From NCBI GenBank assembly GCA_044236265.1, contig JBIIGV010000046.1, positions 1 through 20,969 of the forward strand: 20,969 bases of DNA, in the 5' to 3' direction. Position 1 is the stretch's first letter. Every line of letters starts with the position of its first letter. Origin of the DNA: Oligoflexales bacterium (GTDB taxonomy: Bacteria; Bdellovibrionota_B; Oligoflexia; Oligoflexales; RGVZ01). Under the pieces are notes generated by a model. It searched no databases. It was not told the DNA's origin and saw only the letters and a list, made by a program, of their open reading frames with translations. Shown here piece by piece: positions 7,942 to 15,411 of the stretch. The position numbers and the translations under genes were made by a program.

Positions 7942-9045
7942 TTAATTTAGATACTCGCGCTCATTTAACTCTTCGAGCGTCACCTGCATCTTGGCCAAAA
8001 ACACACCTAAACTAAACTTTTCTGCAAAGTCATTTAATGATTCTCTGTTCCAGTTAATATCCTCACACTTTTTAATGGCACCGACCAAAGACTCTACCGA
8101 GGCCTCATCGAAAAAGACTCCCGTCTCTCCTTCCACGATAAAATCCAATGCCCCACCGCGTCTTCGCGCGATGACTGGAGTTCCTGCCGCCATCGCCTCG
8201 ATCGCCGTTATTCCAAAGTCCTCCACACCGGGAAACAGGAAAGCATTGGCGCCCTGCATGAGCGTGACCCATGTCTGATCATCAGGCCTTTCAACAAATT
8301 CGGTATTGGGACCTGCAATAGACTTTAGGTCATTAAGATCGGGCCCGTCGCCCGCAATGACAAGTTTTTTTCCGAGCGCTTCACAAGCCTTTATAGCAAG
8401 ATCAAAGCGCTTGTAACCGACCAAAGCGCCAGCGGCCAACAGGTAGCCAGATTTGGCCGTTTTTACACCTTTTGAGCTGAATCGAGCCACATCCACCGGT
8501 GGAGGGATGACGATTGAATGACGTCCGTAGAATTTCCTGACACGTTCTTTAACAAACGATGAGTTCGCAACAAATAGATCAACCCGCGTTGATGAGGCCA
8601 TATCCCATATTCGCAAAAGCGAACTCAGTGCCTCGACAAAAAATCCCAGAATTGGCAGCTTGCGCAGTCGTCCTAGATATTCATCTCGCTGATCCCAAAT
8701 GTAACGCATGGGCGAATGAATGTAGCAAAGATGCCGTGACGAAGGATCCACAATGACACCTTTTGCAACGCAGCTTGACGTGCTTATAACAAGATCAAAC
8801 CCAGACAGATCAAAGGATTCAATCCACACGGGCATTAGTGGTAAAAGAAGTTTTCGAAACCTACGCAGTCGATTTGCAGTCGGATGAACTATGATTTTTC
8901 GACTTCGAAGAGACGCGGGAAGAATTGAGTAATCACAAAAAAGGGTAAAAATAGTGGCGTCTGGATAGAGACTTGCGATCGCATCGAGGACCTTCTCGCC
9001 CCCCCGCCATGTGACTAGCCAATCGTGAACAATCGCAACCCGCAA
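7942..9045 (-). CDS. Glycosyltransferase family 4 (GT-B)
   Basis: RVAIVHDWLVTWRGGEKVL, HLCYIHSPMRYIWD and EDFGITAIEAMAAG (EX7E) motifs. The AAGGAGG SD is 10 nt from TTG 9045 but only 1 nt from GTG 9054, so TTG is preferred. Confidence 0.92.
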   Translation of the reverse strand: MRVAIVHDWLVTWRGGEKVLDAIASLYPDATIFTLFCDYSILPASLRSRKIIVHPTANRLRRFRKLLLPLMPVWIESFDLSGFDLVISTSSCVAKGVIVDPSSRHLCYIHSPMRYIWDQRDEYLGRLRKLPILGFFVEALSSLLRIWDMASSTRVDLFVANSSFVKERVRKFYGRHSIVIPPPVDVARFSSKGVKTAKSGYLLAAGALVGYKRFDLAIKACEALGKKLVIAGDGPDLNDLKSIAGPNTEFVERPDDQTWVTLMQGANAFLFPGVEDFGITAIEAMAAGTPVIARRRGGALDFIVEGETGVFFDEASVESLVGAIKKCEDINWNRESLNDFAEKFSLGVFLAKMQVTLEELNEREYLN

Positions 9046-9112
9046 GGCTTTCACGCCTCCTTTATGATTTCACCAAAAAAGAAAACCACCGTAACCCTCG
9101 TATCCTATTATG

Positions 9113-9140
9113 ATTATAAAGGACAAAAGTCGCACCACAA
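9113..9140 (-). promoter_or_regulatory. Candidate sigma-70 promoter for the GT4-WcaJ-hppD-Rieske operon
   Basis: Minus-strand TTGTGG (9135-9140), 16-nt spacer, TATAAT (9113-9118). Confidence 0.4.
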
Positions 9141-9385
9141 ATCTCAACAATTCGCTCAAGTTGCGTCTACGCAAGGATTTCAGCCCTAAAAAAAATGCAG
9201 GGCAATATTTGCACCCAGCGCGAACATGAGGTTAAGATTAAATTATAGGTGACAATCATTTTTCGCTTGACACCGTTTGATTCGGAAGAACCAACCGGCG
9301 TCAAAACTCCCGTCAGCTCAACTGACGTCCTGTTCCAGGGTGGGACAAGACGTTGTGGACCTCTCGCATGGAGAATCGACTCTTT

Positions 9386-10618
9386 ATGAGCCATTCTGAC
9401 AAGCGCCTCGATCAACTAGCGCCCCATTCTGTGGTGTCCCAGTTGTTCTGTGACGTTCCAACGACGGGTCCAGCCGAAAACTGGCAAATTTCATTTCCCG
9501 AAATCGTTGGCCGTAGTCATGCGATGAGCCGCGTATTGGAGACCGTCGCCAAAATAGCTCGTAGCGAAAGTTCCGTGCTCATAAACGGCGAAAGCGGCAC
9601 AGGTAAGGAGTTAATTGCCCGAGCCATTCACCGCCTGTCCATTCGTAACCACAAGCCTTTTATTGCCATAAATTGCAGTGCCATCCCTGAGAATCTCCTG
9701 GAATCAGAACTATTCGGCCATGAGAAGGGGGCATTCACTGGTGCAGTCCAACGCCATCAAGGTGTATTTCAGCGTGCAGACGGCGGAACACTCTTTTTAG
9801 ATGAGATCGGGGATATGGCTCCGTCTCTACAAAGTAAACTGCTGCGTGTTCTACAAGAGAAAACTTTTACTCCGGTTGGCGGCAAAGAAATTTGCCGGGC
9901 TGACGTCCGCGTGATAGCCGCAACGCACGTGGATTTAGAAAATGCAATATCTACAGGCTCATTCCGAAGTGACCTCTACTACCGCATCAATGTACTTCCC
10001 GTAACTTTGCCAGCCCTGCGCGAACGTCAGGAAGACATACCCATGCTGCTCGGACACTTTATTGAAGTCTCAAATCGCATGCATCCACAGCAGCCTGCAT
10101 GCTGGTTTACCAGTGAAGCTGCAGCGATACTTAGCAGTCAATCATGGCCAGGCAACATTCGACAGCTGCAAAACTTGGTGGAAAGACTGGTCGTCATGCG
10201 CGGCGGCGGAGCTATCGGCGCCGGGCATCTACCTCGAGAATTCTGCCGACCAGCTCAAAACACATCATTTAACTCCGTAACCGACAGAAACACAATGACG
10301 CACAATCCAGCTCGGGTTGAGGCTTTGTCATCAAATGCTCAGATGCCAAGAGGAACCTCTTTAGCGCACTTGAACCCGCGTCCAGGCACAGCTCCTATGA
10401 CCATCCCAGCAGACTTTGGAACTCTACCTCCAGACGGAATTAACCTCATTGAATTCATCGAAAATCTGGAAAACAGTCTGATTACGCAAGCTCTTCAACG
10501 CACGGACAACAATCGCAATCAAGCCGCACGTCTTCTTGGAATGAATCGAACAACCTTAGTAGAACGGATAAAAAAACGAAAACTCTCTCCGATGAATCCT
10601 GCTAGCGAAGAACTTTAA
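9386..10618 (+). CDS. Sigma-54-dependent enhancer-binding protein (AAA+ and Fis-type HTH) with no N-terminal sensory domain, FleQ/FlrA-like
   Basis: Walker A GESGTGKE, ESELFGHEKGAFTGA, Walker B LFLDEIG, R-finger RSDLYYR, WPGNIRQL, HTH NRNQAARLLGMNRTTLVERIKK. Start uncertain (9353, 9368 or 9386); GGAG precedes 9386. Confidence 0.92.
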   Translation: MSHSDKRLDQLAPHSVVSQLFCDVPTTGPAENWQISFPEIVGRSHAMSRVLETVAKIARSESSVLINGESGTGKELIARAIHRLSIRNHKPFIAINCSAIPENLLESELFGHEKGAFTGAVQRHQGVFQRADGGTLFLDEIGDMAPSLQSKLLRVLQEKTFTPVGGKEICRADVRVIAATHVDLENAISTGSFRSDLYYRINVLPVTLPALRERQEDIPMLLGHFIEVSNRMHPQQPACWFTSEAAAILSSQSWPGNIRQLQNLVERLVVMRGGGAIGAGHLPREFCRPAQNTSFNSVTDRNTMTHNPARVEALSSNAQMPRGTSLAHLNPRPGTAPMTIPADFGTLPPDGINLIEFIENLENSLITQALQRTDNNRNQAARLLGMNRTTLVERIKKRKLSPMNPASEEL

Positions 10619-10626
10619 AAAAGAAA

Positions 10627-10659
10627 AAGGGGGCGCAGCAGTGTGCCCCTTGTGTTTTT
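10627..10659 (+). terminator. Rho-independent terminator after the sigma-54 activator
   Basis: GGGGCGCA-GCAG-TGTGCCCC stem with one G-U pair, followed by TTGTGTTTTT and preceded by an A-run. Confidence 0.65.
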
Positions 10660-10691
10660 AAAAAGGTCAATCAACCAAGTCAGGAGGTGTT

Positions 10692-12392
10692 ATGAACGGG
10701 AATTCATTTTTAAAGCTGGGGTTTGCTGCGATGATGGCAGCCGTCCCAGCCGCTGAGGCACTTGCGCTCGTGGCACCTCATAATCATCAAATTTCTGCAG
10801 TTGCTGCAAAGCTTCTTGCAAACAAAGAGATTGTTGTTCGACCAACGACGGTTCGTGCAGCAAGTAAGGCGTTTGCTAATCGGTTTGATGCTCGAACCAC
10901 GATTGAAGTAGATGCTATCAGCGGGGCTGTGCGACTAATTACCGGAAATCTTTCTCCAAAAATCACATTCCATAGCTCACGAGACCTCGTTGATGTTGCT
11001 ACTAACTGGATTGCTGCTCACGAGGATATTCTGCTTGTTCAATTGGAGGACCTTTCTCTTGTTGAGGACGCAACGCTCATCACTGACGATGTGCAGTTTC
11101 TACGCTTCAATGTTTCTCGATCCGGTACGCCGGTGGCAGATGCTGTTGTTAACTTCCGCTTCAAAAACGGCAAACTCGTACAAGTCCAGTCTCGTACCTT
11201 CGGGGAAGCCATCGATGATGCGCGCATCGGATTTGTCAGCTCAAGCGAGGCGATCGAGCAGGTTGCAAGCGCTGCAACTGTTCAAGAACAAGGGCAGACT
11301 CTGAGAGTAAAAACCACTGTAAACGGTTACCAATTGGTCCGCGTGAATAAAGCACTAGTAGATATTGAGGGTGAAGTTCTAGCGGTACAAACTGACTCCG
11401 CCACCGGAGAGATCTACGAGACGCGGGACAGTCGCCACTATGTCGATGGCAATGCCCACGGTACCGTTTTCCCAAGAACTTACTACCAAAGCCAGGCTGT
11501 GGATGTAGGCATGATCAACATGGAAGTCATGGCTGGATCGTCATTGGTCAAAACAGAAATCGACGGCAGATTTTCTTTCTCAGGTACAATCGCACCAAAA
11601 ATCACCGCAGTAAAAGGCCAAAGAATCAACGTCAGAACAAGCACGGGAACTGCGGTATCCCGCACTGCAACTGAATCTAACGGCGTCTGGGATCTGAACT
11701 TAAATGTGACAGCCGAAAAAGATCAGGCTCAAGTTCACACCTATCATCACCTGAACCTGATTGTTCAAAAAGCCAAGAAGTACATCTCGTCTCCTTGGAT
11801 GGATCGAGTACTGACTGCTAATGTCAATCTGGGACAAACATGTAACGCTTATTGGAATGGATCTTCGGTCAACTTTTACTCAGCGGGCGGTGGTTGCGGA
11901 AATACCGGCCTAATTTCAGACGTCATGTATCACGAGTGGGGCCATGGACTTGATGACAACACTGGCGGGATCGACGACGGCGCTTATTCTGAAGGATTTG
12001 GCGACATTCTCTCCATGATCATGACAAATGATAGTCGACTTGGCCCAGGTTTCCGCTCAAACGGCGGCATCGTCCGAGACATGGAACCCGATAAGGTCTA
12101 TCCAAAAGATCGCGGGGAAGTTCATGCTGAAGGTCTGATCATCGGTGGCACATTCTGGGATCTCTTCAAGTCCCTGTCAACGAAACACGGCGTGGACAAG
12201 GCCAATGACATCGTTTCAGCAATTGCGTTCAAGACCATTTTCACGGCGACGAATTACACAGACGTTTATGATGCCGCACTGGTTGTGAATGACAATGATA
12301 GCGACTCCGCCACTCGTTCACCTGATTTCTGCGAAATCAACACCGCGTTTACGGCACACGGGCTGGCTACCAAGTCCCCTGATTGCCCATAA
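10692..12392 (+). CDS. Secreted gluzincin zinc metalloprotease (M4/M36 thermolysin/fungalysin-like) with FTP-like propeptide
   Basis: AGGAGGT SD; signal peptide ending ALA; FTP-like LRFNVSRSGTPVADAVVNFRF; CNAYWNG, HEWGH, third-ligand motif SEGFGD, GEVHAEG. Confidence 0.88.
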   Translation: MNGNSFLKLGFAAMMAAVPAAEALALVAPHNHQISAVAAKLLANKEIVVRPTTVRAASKAFANRFDARTTIEVDAISGAVRLITGNLSPKITFHSSRDLVDVATNWIAAHEDILLVQLEDLSLVEDATLITDDVQFLRFNVSRSGTPVADAVVNFRFKNGKLVQVQSRTFGEAIDDARIGFVSSSEAIEQVASAATVQEQGQTLRVKTTVNGYQLVRVNKALVDIEGEVLAVQTDSATGEIYETRDSRHYVDGNAHGTVFPRTYYQSQAVDVGMINMEVMAGSSLVKTEIDGRFSFSGTIAPKITAVKGQRINVRTSTGTAVSRTATESNGVWDLNLNVTAEKDQAQVHTYHHLNLIVQKAKKYISSPWMDRVLTANVNLGQTCNAYWNGSSVNFYSAGGGCGNTGLISDVMYHEWGHGLDDNTGGIDDGAYSEGFGDILSMIMTNDSRLGPGFRSNGGIVRDMEPDKVYPKDRGEVHAEGLIIGGTFWDLFKSLSTKHGVDKANDIVSAIAFKTIFTATNYTDVYDAALVVNDNDSDSATRSPDFCEINTAFTAHGLATKSPDCP

Positions 12393-12400
12393 TTCATGAC

Positions 12401-12434
12401 AAAAAAGCCCGAGGCGAGAGCCTCGGGCTTTTTT
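12401..12434. terminator. Bidirectional Rho-independent terminator between the convergent protease gene and frr
   Basis: AAAAAAGCCCGAGGC-GAGA-GCCTCGGGCTTTTTT: perfect 15-bp inverted repeat with a T-run on each strand. Confidence 0.92.
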
Positions 12435-12451
12435 ATTTCTCTAAAACAAAC

Positions 12452-13006
12452 TCAGATGGTCATCACTTCTTTTTCTTTAGCGGCAAGCTTCTCATCAACC
12501 ATCTTGATAAAGCTGTCGGTGTGTTTTTGAACGACATCTTCGAGCTTTTTACGCTCATCCTCGGTGATCTTCTTATCTTTCTCCTGCTTTTTTACGTCTT
12601 CATTCGCATCCCGACGTACATTGCGGATTCCCACCTTAGCGTCTTCAGCGATCTTTTTAAGGTTTTTGACGATGTCCTTGCGACGTTCTTCGGTCAATGC
12701 TGGAAATGGCAAGCGCACAATGTTGCCATCGTTGGTTGGCTGAACACCAATGTCTGCAATTCGAATCGCCTTTTCAATCTCTGCGATCAACTTCTTCTCA
12801 AATGGAGCGATTGTAATCGTCCTGGCATCGGGCGTCGCCATGGTCGCCACCTGGTTGAGTGGTGTCGGATTGCCGTAGTAGTCGACTCTAACATTATCCA
12901 GAACAGCGACCGATGCACGACCAGTTCTGACCTGCTTTAGCTCGCTCTCGAAAGACTTTAACCGCTTTTCCATGTTTTGCTTACAGCTATTGGCAATATC
13001 ACTCAT
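12452..13006 (-). CDS. frr: Ribosome recycling factor
   Basis: RTGRAS, VDYYGNPTPLNQVA, PALTEERRKDIVK, IRNVRRDAN, KEKEVMTI; 9 nt downstream of pyrH. Confidence 0.98.
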   Translation of the reverse strand: MSDIANSCKQNMEKRLKSFESELKQVRTGRASVAVLDNVRVDYYGNPTPLNQVATMATPDARTITIAPFEKKLIAEIEKAIRIADIGVQPTNDGNIVRLPFPALTEERRKDIVKNLKKIAEDAKVGIRNVRRDANEDVKKQEKDKKITEDERKKLEDVVQKHTDSFIKMVDEKLAAKEKEVMTI

Positions 13007-13015
13007 CTCTAACTC

Positions 13016-13756
13016 CTATGACTTAACGATTGTGCCCGTGTTATTACCCAGCACAACTTGTTCTACACACCCTGGTTCACCCATTTTGAAGACAATGATC
13101 GGCATTTGCGCCTCCATGCACATCGTAATGGCTGTTGCATCCATGACATCCAACTTCTTGTTAAGAACCTCAAAGTAAGTCAACTGATCGTACTTTTTGG
13201 CCTTTGGATTCTTCTTGGGATCACTGTCGTAAATACCGTCCACCTTGGTAGCTTTCATGATGATATCGGCACCGATCTCACGCGCCCTCAAAGACGCAGC
13301 TGTGTCCGTTGTGAACAGCGGATTACCTGTGCCACCTGCGAAAATCACAATATGACCAGACTCGATATGCTTGACCGCTCGACGGCGAATGTAGGGCTCG
13401 GCTAACTCGGTCATCGTGATCGCCGTCATCACCCTTGTTTGCAGGTTAAATTTGTTTTCTAGAATTCCTTGAAGGGCCAGACCGTTGATAATGGTCGCAA
13501 GCATACCCATGTAGTCAGCAGAGGGACGATCCATTCCAAGCTTTGACGCCAATGAACCTCGGAAGATATTGCCTCCACCAATAACGATGGACACCTGAAC
13601 ACCTAAACGGTGAACGCGGGCCACCTCTGATGCAATGCGCTCCAATGCATCACCCTCGATACCGTAGCCTTGGTCACCACCAAGCATCTCACCAGAGAGT
13701 TTCAGCATAATGCGCTTGTATTTGGCGTCCGGGTGCAGGGGAATCGTACTGGTCAT
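13016..13756 (-). CDS. pyrH: UMP kinase
   Basis: [67 protein letters not shown]. Confidence 0.98.
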   Translation of the reverse strand: MTSTIPLHPDAKYKRIMLKLSGEMLGGDQGYGIEGDALERIASEVARVHRLGVQVSIVIGGGNIFRGSLASKLGMDRPSADYMGMLATIINGLALQGILENKFNLQTRVMTAITMTELAEPYIRRRAVKHIESGHIVIFAGGTGNPLFTTDTAASLRAREIGADIIMKATKVDGIYDSDPKKNPKAKKYDQLTYFEVLNKKLDVMDATAITMCMEAQMPIIVFKMGEPGCVEQVVLGNNTGTIVKS

Positions 13757-13783
13757 GGTTTCACCTCATAGGTCGAAGCAAAA

Positions 13784-13792
13784 ATTATAGCA
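13784..13792 (-). promoter_or_regulatory. Extended -10 promoter element for pyrH-frr
   Basis: Minus-strand TGCTATAAT (TGn plus perfect TATAAT), ending 27 nt upstream of the pyrH ATG. Confidence 0.65.
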
Positions 13793-14026
13793 GAGCACAC
13801 CGAGCATAGACACGTTTAAAATTTTCCTAAAAAGAATGCCCATTGGACATCATTTGGCAAGGTTATCCAAATTGCAGTGCGCCCTTCGGGAGTCGCTTCA
13901 AATCCGATTTATATTAATAATTTCAATATGTTAATCGGCATCGAAAAAAGCCTAATCCAGAGATCCTGTGACGCCATTTTCACCAGAACCTGTCCAGGCC
14001 GGATTCTTCTCTGGCCCAACCAAGAC

Positions 14027-14042
14027 TGCTATGATCATAGCA
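14027..14042. promoter_or_regulatory. Perfect 16-bp palindrome (operator and/or extended -10 element)
   Basis: TGCTATGATCATAGCA is its own reverse complement and reads TGnTATGAT on both strands. Confidence 0.5.
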
Positions 14043-14098
14043 CCCCATATCATCGATTTTAGTTTTGAATATTCGTGGTCTTAGCCAACAGGACTCCT

Positions 14099-15178
14099 AT
14101 GAACCTGCTCCGCTCACTAGCCCCTGCGTTTCTACTTCCAACGATTTTCACCGTTGGCTGCAAACTAAACCGTGAGCAAAGTAACGAAGCGTCGCACGTA
14201 AAATTTTTAAACGAACACAGCCGTCGCCGCATTGCGTCCGCCGATGAGTCAGCACCCATTTTCCGTCTAAAAACCTACGGCGGAAATACCTGCACAGCTT
14301 TTGCTGTGAAAAACAGTCAAAAGAAACCTATAGTTTTTACGGCTCGCCATTGCATGAACTACACTGCAACTGACTGGTGCACAAAAGTGGGGGAAATCAA
14401 ATCCGCGGACGGGAACGATACTTACCGATGTAAGTCTATTCTACTGGACCCCAAAAACACCGATTTTGCTGCCCTGGAGTTAGATCGGCCAATTTCGGTT
14501 GGTGGATACGAGTTAGCTGATTTTGATCTGGCAGCCGGTCGCCGTTTGCAAATGATTGGGTTTCCGTCAGATGCTTATGCCCAGAATCTGGGGGGCGCGG
14601 TGATGACTGAAAACTGTTGGCTCACGAACTCGGCGCGCAGACCAGTTAATGTTGCAGCGAAGATAACCCCTCACCCTGTCGCTGTCTCTCACAACTGTGC
14701 TACATATGGGGGCAACAGCGGTGGCCCGATGATCATCGAGAACACAAATATTGTTGTCGGACTACCTGCATCCTTCTGGAAATCAGGTCGTATCCGCCAA
14801 CTAGAAGAAACGGCAGAAATGTACCCTACTCGAGACTTTATCAAGCTTCATCCTGAATTCATTGCATTACAAAATTTGGGAGTATCGAAGCAAGATGAGC
14901 AACCTTCCGCCAAAAAAGACTTTCTAAGCCGCTCAAAGTGCACCTCGGAAAATAACAATATCTTACCTCTTGAGATGGTCCCGCTGTACAACTCAGAAGC
15001 CGATTTTACAGCACTAAAAATCAAATTTGAAAAGCAAGACTGGTTGATATTCCGCTGCAAAATGGACGAGTCCTGCGAGGAATCATCGACTAAACAAGTC
15101 ATTCGAATGAAATCAAACTCTGAAATGCAATTCACAAAAAACGGCGTCACATCGGAATTGCGATGTGAAAGCTTCTGA
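14099..15178 (+). CDS. Trypsin-like (S1) serine protease lipoprotein with a Cys-containing C-terminal extension
   Basis: Catalytic triad motifs TARHC, TDFAALEL and GGNSGGP; lipobox-like TVG-C; AGGA SD before ATG 14099. Confidence 0.85.
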   Translation: MNLLRSLAPAFLLPTIFTVGCKLNREQSNEASHVKFLNEHSRRRIASADESAPIFRLKTYGGNTCTAFAVKNSQKKPIVFTARHCMNYTATDWCTKVGEIKSADGNDTYRCKSILLDPKNTDFAALELDRPISVGGYELADFDLAAGRRLQMIGFPSDAYAQNLGGAVMTENCWLTNSARRPVNVAAKITPHPVAVSHNCATYGGNSGGPMIIENTNIVVGLPASFWKSGRIRQLEETAEMYPTRDFIKLHPEFIALQNLGVSKQDEQPSAKKDFLSRSKCTSENNNILPLEMVPLYNSEADFTALKIKFEKQDWLIFRCKMDESCEESSTKQVIRMKSNSEMQFTKNGVTSELRCESF

Positions 15179-15411
15179 GAAGCCGAAACGCGCAATTTTT
15201 AGAAGTTAATTTAGTTTTTTTATTGCTATGAGATCCCGAATCCTGGAATTCAAAAACCAGTTGGAACACAACCCACGATCCCACAGCCTCGGCACAGCTT
15301 ACCAACAACATTTCAAGTCACTGCTGTGGCTTGAAATTTACACCATCATTTCTGTTTTACCAAATTTCAAGTTTCAGCCTTACCTATATTGATCCGAAAC
15401 ATCGGACAAAC

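Noticed and set aside
9267..9272. Perfect TTGACA as the -35 box for the activator gene
   Set aside because: No -10-like hexamer 16-18 nt downstream; better explained as an arm of the inverted repeat.
9167..9415. 82-aa minus-strand ORF in the divergent promoter region
   Set aside because: No convincing SD or protein-like features; overlaps the activator start and the regulatory palindromes.
12383..12940. 185-aa plus-strand ORF
   Set aside because: Antisense shadow of frr; crosses a strong terminator and has no recognisable motif.
13844..13860. GG-N10-GC (TGGACATCATTTGGCAA) as a sigma-54 promoter for the protease
   Set aside because: Poor match at both -24 and -12, and about 240 nt from the start codon.
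13877..14062. 61-aa plus-strand ORF in the pyrH/protease spacer
   Set aside because: GTG start without a good SD; runs through AT-rich promoter-like sequence.
15374..15400. Sigma-28-like promoter TCAGC-N14-TCCGAAAC before the cyclase
   Set aside because: Several mismatches to TAAAG-N14-GCCGATAA and it would leave almost no 5' UTR.
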